Assembly (NCBI RefSeq): GCF_000803625.1
Contig: NZ_CP007496.1
Coordinates: forward strand, 450,001 to 482,000
Source: Candidatus Nanosynbacter lyticus
GTDB lineage: Bacteria; Patescibacteriota; Saccharimonadia; Saccharimonadales; Saccharimonadaceae
Length of the DNA: 32,000 nt
Direction of reading: 5' to 3'
How positions within the stretch are numbered: position 1 is the stretch's first letter; the number at the start of each line of letters is the position of its first letter. The translations under genes and the position numbers were made by a program. The notes under the pieces were generated by a model. The model was not told where the DNA came from, ran no database searches, and worked only from the letters and a program-made list of their open reading frames with translations. Shown here one piece after another: positions 1-9,859 of the stretch.

Positions 1-590
1 GTGTCGGTGCTCGAGGCCATAGCTACTACGCCGTAGCGACTGACTGCACCGTAAGTTGACTTAACACCGACTACGCCGTTAAAGCTGGCAGGCTGACGAA
101 TCGAACCGCCAGTGTCTGTACCCAGCGCAAACGGCACCACATCAAGCGCTGTCACTACCGCCGAACCACCCGATGAACCGCCAGCTACGCGAGTTTTGTC
201 CGCAGCGTTTTTGGTCGGACCAAAGGCCGAGTTTTCTGTCGAACCGCCATGGGCAAAGGCGTCCAAGTTGGCCTTGCCGATGCAGATTGCGCCTTCAGCC
301 TCCAACTTCTCAACGGCTGTGGCTTGCAGTGGCGCGTTAAAATTCTCGAGCATTTTTGCGGCAGCAGTTGTCGGCGCCCCAAAGGCCAAAAAATTGTCTT
401 TCACAACAAATGGCACGCCGGACAGCCGCCCAGAAACTTCGCCCTTATCCACCAGCTCGGCTCGCTCCAACGCCCGCTCTTCCGTTAAACTGAGTAGTGC
501 ATGATATTCTTCAATCTCGCGCGCTCGTCGCAACGCCTCTTTGACATTTTCGACTGCACTCTTTCCGGTAAAATCACTAATCCGACTCAT
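1..590 (-). CDS. gatA: Aspartyl/glutamyl-tRNA(Asn/Gln) amidotransferase subunit A, N-terminal part, truncated by window edge
   Basis: Hand translation of the minus strand from ATG at 590 gives [21 protein letters not shown]...[10 protein letters not shown]...[45 protein letters not shown], with the amidase signature ([20 protein letters not shown]). Overlaps the gatC stop by 1 nt. Confidence 0.95.
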   Translation of the reverse strand, partial: MSRISDFTGKSAVENVKEALRRAREIEEYHALLSLTEERALERAELVDKGEVSGRLSGVPFVVKDNFLAFGAPTTAAAKMLENFNAPLQATAVEKLEAEGAICIGKANLDAFAHGGSTENSAFGPTKNAADKTRVAGGSSGGSAVVTALDVVPFALGTDTGGSIRQPASFNGVVGVKSTYGAVSRYGVVAMASSTD

Positions 591-877
591 TACAATACCT
601 GCGGCACTTTCACTTGATTGTTCTGTTTTTCAGGCGCCAGCTCAAGTAACTCGTCTCGAGAAATCCCTGACTGAACCTCATCTTCACGCCAGACATTTTC
701 TAGACCCGTCACTTGATAAGTTGACTCCACACCAGACGTATCGAGCTCGCCCAGCTGCTCAATATAGCCAATTATATTTTCCAAATCCTGGCGTAGTCCA
801 TCAACTTCATCATCGGCCAATGCCAGACTACTTAAACTCGCCAAGTGCTGAATATCACTGGTAGAAATATTTGTCAT
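590..877 (-). CDS. gatC: Aspartyl/glutamyl-tRNA amidotransferase subunit C
   Basis: 95 aa ([51 protein letters not shown]...), GatC-like, immediately upstream of gatA. Confidence 0.9.
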   Translation of the reverse strand: MTNISTSDIQHLASLSSLALADDEVDGLRQDLENIIGYIEQLGELDTSGVESTYQVTGLENVWREDEVQSGISRDELLELAPEKQNNQVKVPQVL

Positions 878-883
878 ATCAAT

Positions 884-912
884 ATTATACCACTAAAAAA
901 AGTCGCCCATCA
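884..912 (-). promoter_or_regulatory. Putative gatCA promoter: TTGATG-18-TATAAT, -10 box ending 6 nt before the ATG
   Basis: Minus strand reads ctTTGATGggcgactttttttagtggTATAATattgatATG. No Shine-Dalgarno between the -10 box and the start. Confidence 0.55.
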
Positions 913-928
913 AAGTGAGCGACTTTTA
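895..928 (-). terminator. Rho-independent terminator of the upstream minus-strand gene (939..1775)
   Basis: Minus strand: AAAAGTCGC-tcactttgatgg-GCGACTTTTTTT, a hairpin followed by a T run. Confidence 0.75.
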
Positions 929-938
929 TCATTATAAC

Positions 939-1775
939 TTAGTTATATTGCTTTAATTTTAAAGATTCGCGATATTTTTTAAGCTGAGACTCGTAGTCAG
1001 ATGGGATATCCTGCCCCTGCCGTGTTGATCTGCCAGTAGAAGAACCGCCCTTATCATGAACTTTAACGGCGATAGTGATAGCGCCAGTCAGCAAGACTAC
1101 AACAGAAACTGCAATGAGTACCAAAGACATAATCTTTGATTTGTTTCGGCCCTGAATGATCTGATAAATAAAGTAGCTAGTCGCAACCACTACTGCAAGA
1201 GCCAGCGCATAAGGCAAGAACTCACTCAGATACAGGCTCTTGTAAACTTCTCCACCGGCTGCACCGATAAATAACAATGAGCTAATAAGGATACTCACCA
1301 AGCGTGCAATCAAATCAACAGCTGGAATAATTAAAGCAGCCAATCCGCCATAAGTCACCAATTTGTAAGCCGTGCGGTTTGTATAACCCTCACGATCTGA
1401 CACCGCCTTTGATACGCGAGAAAATAGAACACAAGCTAGAATAGCTAAGACAACTGTAAACACTGACGCTGCGACAATTCCAGTTCCTGCCGTCACCATT
1501 GTTGGAGCCAAGAATCCACCGACGGTCCTTATTGCACCTGAAGTCGTATCCGACCAAAGACCAACTACACTTGTAATTACGTTAATCAATAAGAATGCTG
1601 AAACGACTGTCGAAGCCATTGCCAAAGCGTATTCTAACGTAAGAAGTTTTGCCTTACCTTTATTTGGGTCAGCATACACGTATTGCTGTGGGTATGCTGG
1701 ATAGCCTACTGGCTGCTGCACCGGCATTTCTGGTTGCGCAACGGCTGATGGCTGTGGTTGTTGTTTTGTTGCCAT
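939..1775 (-). CDS. Hypothetical multi-pass membrane protein
   Basis: 278 aa with a Q/P-rich N-terminus and several hydrophobic segments (MASTVVSAFLLINVITSVVGL, TGIVAASVFTVVLAILACVLF, SLVLIAVSVVVLLTGAITIAV). RBS AGGAGG upstream. Confidence 0.7.
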   Translation of the reverse strand: MATKQQPQPSAVAQPEMPVQQPVGYPAYPQQYVYADPNKGKAKLLTLEYALAMASTVVSAFLLINVITSVVGLWSDTTSGAIRTVGGFLAPTMVTAGTGIVAASVFTVVLAILACVLFSRVSKAVSDREGYTNRTAYKLVTYGGLAALIIPAVDLIARLVSILISSLLFIGAAGGEVYKSLYLSEFLPYALALAVVVATSYFIYQIIQGRNKSKIMSLVLIAVSVVVLLTGAITIAVKVHDKGGSSTGRSTRQGQDIPSDYESQLKKYRESLKLKQYN

Positions 1776-1805
1776 ATTACCTCCTAATCTAATAATAATT
1801 CTATT

Positions 1806-3776
1806 CTACATGGTCTGGCGAATTTCTGCAATCAAATCACGCAGCTCCGCCGCTTTTTCAAACTCCAAGTTAGCACTATGCAGTTCCATTTGACCAGTCA
1901 GCTCCTTGATCAGCGTCGGATATTCGTCCTTTGGAATTTTCTTCAAATCAAGCTTTGGCTTTTTGTCCGATTCTTTTTGCGGAATGATGGAACGCAGACC
2001 ATCGTCAATCTTCTTCTGGATGGTTTGCGGTGTGATGCCGTGCTCTTCGTTGTATTGCTGCTGAATAGCACGCCGACGATTAGTCTCATCAATTGCTCGG
2101 CGCATACTGTCAGTTACGGTATCACCATACATCAGTACCCGCCCATCGACATGTCGCGCCGCCCGGCCAATCGTCTGAATCAGCGCCTGCTCACTACGAA
2201 GGAAGCCCTCTTTATCAGCATCCATAATCGCCACCAGACTGACTTCTGGTAGGTCCAACCCCTCGCGTAGCAAATTGATACCAACTAACACGTCATACGT
2301 TCCCAGCCGCAAATCTTTGAGAATATCACCGCGCTCTAATGTGTCAATCTCACTGTGTAGATACGCCGTTTTCACGCCATTGTCGGTCAAGTAGGCGCTT
2401 AAGTCCTCAGCCATACGCTTGGTCAAGGTGGTTACCAATACGCGGTGGCCGTTGGCGATGGTCTGGCGAATCTCCTCCATTAAATCATCAACCTGCCCCT
2501 CAGTTGGCCACACCTCAATCGGCGGATCAAGCAGCCCCGTCGGCCGAATCAACTGTTCAGCCGGCTTTGGCGAATGAGCAATTTCATAGTCACCTGGCGT
2601 AGCGGAAACATAAATCGCCTGGTGAATATGCTGATCAAATTCATCAAACCTCAGCGGACGGTTATCCAGCGCACTCGGCAAACGAAAACCATGCTCCACC
2701 AACACTTCCTTGCGCGCCCGGTCGCCGTTATACATACCGCGCACTTGCGGCAAGGTCATGTGCGACTCATCGACTAGCAGCAGCCAATCGTCCGGAAAAT
2801 AATCAATCAACGTCGCTGGCTGCTCGCCCGGCTCGCGGTCGGTCAAATAGCGCGAATAGTTCTCAATGCCTTTGACAAAGCCAGTTTCTTTCAGCATCTC
2901 CAGGTCGTATTTGGTGCGCTGAGCTAGGCGCTGCGCCTCGAGTAACTTATCGTGCGATTCAAACCATTTCAGCCGCTCGTCAAACTCCTTTTCGATGCCG
3001 ATGATGGCTTTTTCAATTCGTTCGCGCGGCGTTGAATAGTGGCTGGACGGAAAAATCGTCAGGCTAGCTGGCTGATCCAAAATCTCGCCCGTTAGCGGAT
3101 CAATTCGCGTTAGTCTCTCGACCTCATCGCCAAAAAATTCCACCCGCACCGCCGTATCCTGCCCGGCCGGGAAAATATCTACCACGTCGCCGCGCACCCG
3201 AAACGTACCGCGTGCAAAATCAACATCGTTTCGCTTATATTGAATATCAGTTAGCAGGCGGATGAACTTGTCCTGAACCCGCCGCTCGCCGACCGTCAAT
3301 TGAATCGCCATATCAGCATACGTTTCCGGCGAACCGATGCCGTAAATACAGCTGACACTCGCCACGATAATCACATCGCGCCGCGTTAGCAGTGCCGAGG
3401 TGGCAGCATGTCGCAGTCGATCAATCTCATCATTAATCTTCGAATCTTTCTCAATGTACGTATCACTACTGGCGATATAAGCTTCCGGCTGGTAATAATC
3501 AAAATAGCTGACAAAATAATGCACCTCATTATCCGGAAAAAATTCCTTAAACTCAGAAAACAGCTGCGCCGCCAAAGTCTTATTATGCGCTAGTACCAGC
3601 GTCGGCACGTTCCGTCGGGCAATAATATTCGCCATAGTAAACGTCTTACCAGAACCCGTCACGCCCAGCAAAGTTTGCTCGCGCTCGCCCCGCTCCAGCC
3701 CTGTCACCAATTGAGCAATCGCCGTCGGCTGGTCGCCAGTCGGCTGGTAGGAAGAAGAGAGGCGAAATTTATTCAC
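1806..3776 (-). CDS. uvrB: Excinuclease ABC subunit B
   Basis: 656 aa; F-x-L-x-S-x-Y-x-P-x-G-D-Q-P start, Walker [54 protein letters not shown] motif at the C-terminus. Start codon appears to be GTG (3776). Confidence 0.98.
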   Translation of the reverse strand: MNKFRLSSSYQPTGDQPTAIAQLVTGLERGEREQTLLGVTGSGKTFTMANIIARRNVPTLVLAHNKTLAAQLFSEFKEFFPDNEVHYFVSYFDYYQPEAYIASSDTYIEKDSKINDEIDRLRHAATSALLTRRDVIIVASVSCIYGIGSPETYADMAIQLTVGERRVQDKFIRLLTDIQYKRNDVDFARGTFRVRGDVVDIFPAGQDTAVRVEFFGDEVERLTRIDPLTGEILDQPASLTIFPSSHYSTPRERIEKAIIGIEKEFDERLKWFESHDKLLEAQRLAQRTKYDLEMLKETGFVKGIENYSRYLTDREPGEQPATLIDYFPDDWLLLVDESHMTLPQVRGMYNGDRARKEVLVEHGFRLPSALDNRPLRFDEFDQHIHQAIYVSATPGDYEIAHSPKPAEQLIRPTGLLDPPIEVWPTEGQVDDLMEEIRQTIANGHRVLVTTLTKRMAEDLSAYLTDNGVKTAYLHSEIDTLERGDILKDLRLGTYDVLVGINLLREGLDLPEVSLVAIMDADKEGFLRSEQALIQTIGRAARHVDGRVLMYGDTVTDSMRRAIDETNRRRAIQQQYNEEHGITPQTIQKKIDDGLRSIIPQKESDKKPKLDLKKIPKDEYPTLIKELTGQMELHSANLEFEKAAELRDLIAEIRQTM

Positions 3777-3803
3777 CTCTCTATTCTACTATATTTATAA
3801 AAA

Positions 3804-4403
3804 CTAGTCTTGCTCGTAAGTCTGAGGCGTGCCAGAAACTTCACACTTGCCATCGACCAGCCGACTCGGAACTAGCGCAGCTTTTAGATCTGAGCATGGC
3901 ATATAACTCTGTTGTGTGCCAGCGACTATGCCAATTTCACCCGTGCCATTTTTTGGTCCAATTATCGTATAGGCATTTGCCAGACCATAAACTGCCGCAT
4001 ATTTTCCGTATGCGCGGTCAATGACTGGCTCATATGTGTAGCCTTCACGCTCTGGAATTGGCTGACCAACTTTAGATTTCAAGAACTTCTTTAGAGAATC
4101 GTCGATATCCAATTTGTCAACATCACTTACTGAAGTTAGCTTAGTGCCAGTACCGTCTCTCCCAGTGCGAAAATCTTTATATTTTTTCTTTGTGTCGTCC
4201 GACGGCTTCGTACCTTCTTCTCTGGTTTTATCTGATAGTCTAGACGAATCTTTCTTTGTCTCGCTAGTTTTTACAGAAGAGTCAGTACCCTTATCCTTAT
4301 TCAGTGCTCCTACAATAATCCAAGTTACCAGACCAATAATAACTAACCCCATAACAATCACCGTCGCAATCAACCATTTATTAGCCGTTGGTTTATTATC
4401 CAT
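3804..4403 (-). CDS. Hypothetical membrane-anchored extracellular protein
   Basis: 199 aa; one N-terminal hydrophobic segment (WLIATVIVMGLVIIGLVTWIIVGAL) then a charged Ser/Thr/Lys/Asp-rich exported-type region. RBS GGAGGG upstream. Confidence 0.65.
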   Translation of the reverse strand: MDNKPTANKWLIATVIVMGLVIIGLVTWIIVGALNKDKGTDSSVKTSETKKDSSRLSDKTREEGTKPSDDTKKKYKDFRTGRDGTGTKLTSVSDVDKLDIDDSLKKFLKSKVGQPIPEREGYTYEPVIDRAYGKYAAVYGLANAYTIIGPKNGTGEIGIVAGTQQSYMPCSDLKAALVPSRLVDGKCEVSGTPQTYEQD

Positions 4404-4433
4404 ATTTAACCCTCCATTTAAATTGTGGTTTTG

Positions 4434-4462
4434 ATTTTATACTGCCACCTGCCTACTGTCAA
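4434..4462 (-). promoter_or_regulatory. Putative sigma70-type promoter for 3804..4403
   Basis: Minus strand TTGACA-17-TAAAAT (an overlapping TATAAA is also present), upstream of the ORF. Confidence 0.5.
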
Positions 4463-4529
4463 TTCATTGCAGCCACAACCATTTTATGATATAGTAATAA
4501 AGTTAAAAATTAGAATAAAAAGGATAATA

Positions 4530-5198
4530 ATGACTCCGAAAAATGTTTGTATTCCGCGCGAACTGCAGCTCCAAGCAGCCATGTTTCGTCTGGGCAATGT
4601 CGATGAAGAAATCCATGCCGGCTATGAAATTCTCCAAAAATATCATAAAACAGTAACCTTTTTTGGCTCAGCCAGAATAAGCGAAGATAACGGATATTAC
4701 CAGAAAGCCAAAGAATTGGCCTTTCAATTGGCAAAAGATGGCTACACAATTATTACCGGTGGCGGCGGCGGAATCATGGAAGCAGCAAACCGCGGCGCCA
4801 TAGAAGCTGGCGGACAATCAATTGGCTTTAATATCCGCCTACCACACGAACAATCGCTCAACAAATACACCACCGACTCTTTCGCCTTTACTCACTTTGC
4901 GCCGCGTAAAATTGTTATGACTCTGCTGGCGGATGCTTACGTCTGTTTTCCGGGCGGCTTTGGGACGATGGATGAAATCTGCGAGATTATTACATTAACT
5001 CAAACTAAAAAAATGACTCCCGTGCCAATTGTTCTGTTCGATAAAAAATTCTGGCACAAGTGGGATGAATTTGTCCATGAAAGCATACTTCCGAATAAGC
5101 TCATTTCTGATGGCGATGAGAAAATTTATACAATCACCGAAGACATCACAGAGGTAGTTGATCTTATTAAGAGTCAGCAAACTTGCTGCGACCGTTAG
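4530..5198 (+). CDS. LOG family / TIGR00730-type Rossmann-fold protein
   Basis: ATG at 4530 (MTPKNVCIPRELQ...) preceded by AGGA. Contains VTFFGSARI, ITGGGGGIMEAANRGA, FPGGFGTMDEICEIITLTQT (PGGxGTxxE signature). The ORF-track start at 4425 is probably too far upstream. Confidence 0.9.
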   Translation: MTPKNVCIPRELQLQAAMFRLGNVDEEIHAGYEILQKYHKTVTFFGSARISEDNGYYQKAKELAFQLAKDGYTIITGGGGGIMEAANRGAIEAGGQSIGFNIRLPHEQSLNKYTTDSFAFTHFAPRKIVMTLLADAYVCFPGGFGTMDEICEIITLTQTKKMTPVPIVLFDKKFWHKWDEFVHESILPNKLISDGDEKIYTITEDITEVVDLIKSQQTCCDR

Positions 5199-5199
5199 T

Positions 5200-5679
5200 C
5201 TATTTCTTAGATTTTGGCTCAATCCAGCAGATTCCGCCCTGACAAACCACTCGCTCAACCGCAGGATTATGCGTGTGCGGGTGGTTTTTATAGCGACGGG
5301 TAATTTCAAATCCCAAGCCCCGCTTACCGTGAGTCGTCTGTTGCCTACCCAGAGGCAATTGATAATGATAATTATTCACAACGTCAATCGGGTTAAACGA
5401 TATCACTTGACCGTCAACATCCAGAAGCACCCACTCAGAAGCTTTAAATGGCGCCCACTTATCTATTTTTGGTGCAATAGCCATGAGCGACTGATAAATT
5501 TCCTCAGCTGTTGCATTTGTCGGGTCAAGTCCCAAAGAACGAATAATCGAGTGCGCCCTAGCCAGTATTTCCGCAATCAATCGCACATCACTGTCATCCC
5601 TAGTCATCTGCCTAAGCTCAGTCAAGGCACGACGTTTCTTAGCGTCATCTCCTAATAATTTTCCTAGATTTTGCGCCAT
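5200..5679 (-). CDS. Hypothetical protein
   Basis: 159 aa; start overlaps the stop of the PfkB gene by 1 nt (translational coupling). No family recognised. Confidence 0.65.
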   Translation of the reverse strand: MAQNLGKLLGDDAKKRRALTELRQMTRDDSDVRLIAEILARAHSIIRSLGLDPTNATAEEIYQSLMAIAPKIDKWAPFKASEWVLLDVDGQVISFNPIDVVNNYHYQLPLGRQQTTHGKRGLGFEITRRYKNHPHTHNPAVERVVCQGGICWIEPKSKK

Positions 5680-6641
5680 TATAGTTCCCTTTCTTGAATT
5701 GGCATAGTATGAAGTGGTGTACCAGAATATAAAATACCAGCTTTCGCCCCAATTTTCATGACAACCGAGCTAGCATTTGCACTACCCATTATTACAGAAT
5801 TTTTCAAATTACCGCTCCTCGCCCATTCACTCAAAAAACCAGACGCAAAGGCATCACCAGCGCCCGTTCTGTCAATTGAAGGGCTGTCGTCGTACATTAA
5901 GGCTCGCACAATAGTCTTTCCGTCACTTGCCATGGAACCATTTACGCCGTCCGTCACTAGAACAACTGGTACCAAATTTAATCCACGGCGCACCAAAGTC
6001 TCCAAATCGTCGCCGGACACCAATTGTTGCATTTCCTCTTTATTAAGCGTCAAGACGTCAACATCAGACAAAAGTCCCAGCAATTTATCCTTTTGTGCCA
6101 ATTCTTTCTTGCCAGGATTAAAACAAATTTTCATATCGCGACGTTTGGCCTGGTGAAATAATTTATGAAGCATCGGCATATTACCGGCCAGCGTCGAAAC
6201 ATACAACCAGTCTGCATCTTCATCAGATAAATCAAAGTCCGCCTCGTGATAATGAGTTGAGGCTCCGCGGTATGTTAGAATTGTCCTTTCGCCATTTGAA
6301 GCCAGGAGCAAGACAGAGTATCCCGTGCTGTACTTTGGGGAATATCGTACTAAATGCGTATCAATATTTTCCTTATCCAAATCAGCCAAAACAGCCTGAC
6401 CAGCTGGATCATGACCGATCGCTCCCATAAAGCTAACATAATGACCCTGCCTGGCGAAAGTTACCGCTGCATTTGTAGCGCCACCACCGGTCGCAAAGTG
6501 GATTTGATTAACGTCGGCCTTTGCACCCAAATCCAGTCGCGCAAAACAATGCTCTGGACTTTCACACACTGGCGTTAATGCGTCCGATTGACTCAAAAAA
6601 ACGTCCTGGATAGCGGCACCGACGGTAATAATTTTTGCCAT
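5679..6641 (-). CDS. PfkB-family carbohydrate kinase
   Basis: 320 aa; N-terminal ...GGGATNAAVTFARQG..., C-terminal DRTGAGDAFASGFLSEWA (PfkB signature 2). Confidence 0.92.
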   Translation of the reverse strand: MAKIITVGAAIQDVFLSQSDALTPVCESPEHCFARLDLGAKADVNQIHFATGGGATNAAVTFARQGHYVSFMGAIGHDPAGQAVLADLDKENIDTHLVRYSPKYSTGYSVLLLASNGERTILTYRGASTHYHEADFDLSDEDADWLYVSTLAGNMPMLHKLFHQAKRRDMKICFNPGKKELAQKDKLLGLLSDVDVLTLNKEEMQQLVSGDDLETLVRRGLNLVPVVLVTDGVNGSMASDGKTIVRALMYDDSPSIDRTGAGDAFASGFLSEWARSGNLKNSVIMGSANASSVVMKIGAKAGILYSGTPLHTMPIQEREL

Positions 6642-7552
6642 TACACCACCGCCTTTCCTGCGGAATTAAACGCCTTAATCTTTGACTCTACAACTTCTTG
6701 GACAGCCGCGTAGACTGGAGGCATCAGCTTAACGATGGCATATTCATGTGGATTTTCACGCAAGGTTTTTTCCAGTGTGGTGCGGAAAGCGTAGCGCATA
6801 TCGGAGTTGATGTTGATTTTGGAAACGCCAATTTTTGCCGCATCTTCAAAGTAGTGCAGCGGCGTACCTGACCCACCATGAAGCGAAATCTGGCAGTACA
6901 GCGCCTGGCGAATGCGTGCTAATAATTCCAAATCTAACACTTTCGGTACTGGATATTTACCGTGCAGGTTACCCACTGCCGCCGCAAAGGTATCAATCCC
7001 CGTCGCCTCGACAAATGCCCGCGCACCGTCTGGCGTGGAAAAAGTTTTCTTGATTTCTTCATAGTCAATGGCTTCGGTATGAACATTAGAGCTGCCACCA
7101 AAATAGTGTGGCTCGGACTCTACCAAGGCGCCAGTAAACTTGGCGTACTCGACGACCTCGCGGGTTTTAGCGATGATTTCCTCGTCGGAAGCATCGTGAT
7201 TTGCCTGGGAAATGTCGATGTGCACAAACTCATACCCCGCGTCAATGGCTCGTTTACAGCCCTCGACTGTCGGACCGTGATCCAAGTTCAAATACATCTC
7301 GATGTCATATTCAGCCTTGTAGTTATCCACCAAGTCACGGACGTTCTCCAAGCCCATGGCTTTCACTTCGGCGTCTGACACCTCGACCAACACCGGAGAC
7401 TGGAGTTTTTGCGCCGCACGTGCCACGGCTATTAGCGTTTCTTGGTTGTCAATATTAAACGCCCCGACCGCAAAATGCTGCGCCCGTGTCCGCTGCATCA
7501 AATGACGCGCTCGCGTCGTGTTTTGCCGAATCTCTGAAATCGATAGTCCCAT
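6641..7552 (-). CDS. fba: Class II fructose-1,6-bisphosphate aldolase
   Basis: 303 aa; YLNLDHGPTVEGCKRAIDAGYEFVHIDISQ, LHGGSGTPLHYFEDAAKIGVSKININSDMRYAF motifs. RBS GGGGGG upstream. Confidence 0.92.
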   Translation of the reverse strand: MGLSISEIRQNTTRARHLMQRTRAQHFAVGAFNIDNQETLIAVARAAQKLQSPVLVEVSDAEVKAMGLENVRDLVDNYKAEYDIEMYLNLDHGPTVEGCKRAIDAGYEFVHIDISQANHDASDEEIIAKTREVVEYAKFTGALVESEPHYFGGSSNVHTEAIDYEEIKKTFSTPDGARAFVEATGIDTFAAAVGNLHGKYPVPKVLDLELLARIRQALYCQISLHGGSGTPLHYFEDAAKIGVSKININSDMRYAFRTTLEKTLRENPHEYAIVKLMPPVYAAVQEVVESKIKAFNSAGKAVV

Positions 7553-7638
7553 ACTGCCCCCCTAAAATACTTATGCTAATTATATCAGTTAGCGAGCGCT
7601 GTGCCAAGATACTTTGAATATTTCCAAAATAGCATATA

Positions 7639-7667
7639 TTGATTTTTAATGGAATATACGGTATATT
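7639..7667 (+). promoter_or_regulatory. Promoter TTGATT-17-TATATT for the 7746..7991 leader/gene
   Basis: Hexamers with exact 17-nt spacing, positioned equivalently to the second promoter copy at 11044..11072. Confidence 0.6.
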
Positions 7668-7673
7668 ACATGT

Positions 7674-7745
7674 CAGCTTTTGCTCAAGGCCTGTCTAAGG
7701 GCAAAAGAGCCCTTTAACCTTGAGTGCTCACCGAAAGGAGGGGCG
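7674..7745 (+). promoter_or_regulatory. Structured 5' leader, copy 1: hairpin I (AAGGGC/GCCCTT, 7697..7714) and SD-covering hairpin II (CUCaCC-GAAA-GGaGGG, 7727..7742)
   Basis: About 70% hand-aligned identity over about 65 nt to the leader at 11078..11155, with both hairpins retained and stem residues changed. Confidence 0.6.
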
Positions 7746-7991
7746 ATGAGCCCTGTCGTGAAGATAGCCAAACTCGCATTTAACGGGTTTATCGTATTTG
7801 TCCTAGCAGCATGCATAGCATGGTGGGCGATTGTCGGCGGGCTGTCTGAGGCCTACGGGCCGATCGCAGGACTAACGTTCGCGTTTGTAAGCATAGCAAC
7901 TCCCGTACTTATCTACGGGATGAAACGTCACAACCACCACGAAGGGTACTACCCCGAGTGCGACTGCAACTGTTGCCGCGAACGCAAGTGA
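7746..7991 (+). CDS. Small membrane protein with His/Cys-rich C-terminal tail
   Basis: 81 aa MSPVVKIAKLAFNGFIVFVLAACIAWWAIVGG...KRHNHHEGYYPECDCNCCRERK; strong SD (AAAGGAGGGG) 5' of ATG 7746; two hydrophobic stretches. ORF-track start at 7680 lies in the leader. Confidence 0.65.
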   Translation: MSPVVKIAKLAFNGFIVFVLAACIAWWAIVGGLSEAYGPIAGLTFAFVSIATPVLIYGMKRHNHHEGYYPECDCNCCRERK

Positions 7992-8060
7992 CGCACACCC
8001 GTCAGGACTACTGCTTTGAGGTCTTTAATTAGATCTTGGTAGTAGCTCCTGGCGGGTTTT

Positions 8061-9023
8061 TCACTGGAGAAAATCAACAACACTGTGAGTAATTGAATCA
8101 ACGTCCAAGCCATGCTTTTTCCATAATTCAGACATTTTGCCCGACTCTCCAAACGTGTCATTGACACCAATTCGCTTCATCTTCACCGGCAAATTCTCAC
8201 TAAGAACTTCCGCCACGCTCGAACCAAATCCGCCAGTAATCTGCCCCTCTTCCGCCGTAATAACAGCTTGACATTTTTGAGCCGCGTTAAGTACGGCCTC
8301 TTCATCCAATGGTTTAATTGTCGGGAAATGAATGACCTCCGCCTGAATATCATATTCTTTCGCCAATTTTTCTGCCGCTAATAACAGTTGATATGTCATC
8401 ACGCCCGTTCCCAATAGCGCGACATCTTTACCTCGCCTCAGTACATAACTTTTTCCGATCTCAAAAGTAGATTGATTTAAGAACAACGGCGTTTTTTCCC
8501 GAGGCAATCTCACGTAATTCGGGCGCTTATCGCCAGCCATTGCGCCCGCCATCAGCCTGGCTTCATTAGCATCGCCTGGCGCCAACACCACCATGTTTGG
8601 CAAACTGCGCATCAAAGCAATATCTTCCAACATCTGATGCGTCGCACCGTCCGCGCCAACGTTCAACCCAGCATGCGAGCCAACCAACTTGACTGGCTGA
8701 TTATTCAAACAAATAGTCGTCCGAATCTGTTCCCAATTCCGCCCCGGACTAAACGCCGCGTAACTGGCTGCAAATGGAATATTACCCATGGCAGCTAACC
8801 CAGACGCCACTGTCACCAAATTCTGCTCCGCCACACCAACTTCAATCGCCCTAGGACTACCAATTTCCTTAGCAAATTCACCAAAGCCGACGCTTTCCAT
8901 CAAATCCGCACTCAGCGCCACCACTAGATTATTCTTCTTAGCGACGTCTGTTAATCCTTCGCCAAAACCAATGCGAATAGCTGCAGTCTCTGATTGCCGC
9001 CAATCTTCTCTCAGAAAACTCAC
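8061..9023 (-). CDS. Transketolase, C-terminal (pyrimidine-binding) subunit
   Basis: 320 aa; GVAEQNLVTVASGLAAMGNIPFAASYAAF, HAGLNVGADGATHQMLEDIALMRSLPNMVVLAPGDANE. Start overlaps stop of the N-subunit gene by 4 nt. Confidence 0.93.
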   Translation of the reverse strand: MSFLREDWRQSETAAIRIGFGEGLTDVAKKNNLVVALSADLMESVGFGEFAKEIGSPRAIEVGVAEQNLVTVASGLAAMGNIPFAASYAAFSPGRNWEQIRTTICLNNQPVKLVGSHAGLNVGADGATHQMLEDIALMRSLPNMVVLAPGDANEARLMAGAMAGDKRPNYVRLPREKTPLFLNQSTFEIGKSYVLRRGKDVALLGTGVMTYQLLLAAEKLAKEYDIQAEVIHFPTIKPLDEEAVLNAAQKCQAVITAEEGQITGGFGSSVAEVLSENLPVKMKRIGVNDTFGESGKMSELWKKHGLDVDSITHSVVDFLQ

Positions 9024-9859
9024 TTGACATCTCCTTTTTCACCTAGCTGAATAAGCGCACGCCTGGCCTCCTCGGCATTCGGGGCTCTTCCGTGCCACTG
9101 GTAATCATATTCCATAAAATCAACACCAAATCCAGGAATTGTATGTGCAATGATCACATTCGGCTGATGGGAAGTTTTTGCCACGTCAATCGCTTTTACA
9201 ATTGCCTCGTAATCATGTCCGTCGACTTCCTGCGTAAACCAGCCAAAACTCCGCCACTTGTCCGCCAAATTTCCTAGCGGCATAACTTTTTCCGTATCGC
9301 CACCAATCTGAATATTATTCCTATCAATAATCGCAATTATATTTGACAACTCATATTTCGCGGCAAACATCGCCGCCTCCCAAATATTACCCTCATTAAG
9401 CTCGCCATCGCCCAAACTACAATAAACGAACCGCTGGGGATTACCACCTAAATATTTCAATGAATAAGCCATACCGGCCGCTTGACTTAAGCCGCAACCC
9501 AAAGGACCGCTCGTCGTTTCAATACCAGGCAGGCTACCACGTTCTGGATGACCCTGAAGTTTAGAGCCAAATTTCCTTAAATTAACTAATTCTTTTTTAT
9601 CAAAAAACCCTCGCTCCGCCAAAGTGGCGTACAGAAGCGGCGCATAATGGCCGTTACTCATCACAAAAATATCTCGATCTTGCCAATCAGGATTTTCAGG
9701 ATCTAGACGCATGGCGTAAAAATAAAGAACCGCCATGACATCCGCAAAACCCAGACATCCAGCCGCATGTCCAGAGCCAGCTGTCACTAATTCATGAATA
9801 ATCGACTGACGCAAGGTTTGGGATATTTCTCTCAATTCGTTTAGTTGATCGTCAGACAT
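9020..9859 (-). CDS. Transketolase, N-terminal (TPP-binding) subunit
   Basis: 279 aa; GSGHAAGCLGFADVMAVLYF, GPLGCGLSQAAGMAYSLKY, CSLGDGELNEGNIWEAAMFAAKYELSNIIAIIDRNN. Confidence 0.94.
   Translation of the reverse strand: MSDDQLNELREISQTLRQSIIHELVTAGSGHAAGCLGFADVMAVLYFYAMRLDPENPDWQDRDIFVMSNGHYAPLLYATLAERGFFDKKELVNLRKFGSKLQGHPERGSLPGIETTSGPLGCGLSQAAGMAYSLKYLGGNPQRFVYCSLGDGELNEGNIWEAAMFAAKYELSNIIAIIDRNNIQIGGDTEKVMPLGNLADKWRSFGWFTQEVDGHDYEAIVKAIDVAKTSHQPNVIIAHTIPGFGVDFMEYDYQWHGRAPNAEEARRALIQLGEKGDVK

Noticed and set aside
3774-3800. Possible leaderless uvrB (TAGAAT-agagag-GTG)
   Set aside because: An alternative -10 (TATAAA) lies upstream and no convincing -35 was found, so the call is ambiguous.
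7697-7716. Hairpin I of the leader as an ordinary intrinsic terminator/attenuator
   Set aside because: Only TTTA/TTTAG follows the stem in both copies, too short a U-tract for confident termination; attenuation cannot be excluded.
7949-8170. 73-aa minus-strand ORF overlapping both the small membrane gene and the transketolase C gene
   Set aside because: Overlaps two better-supported CDSs in other frames or strands; no family signature.
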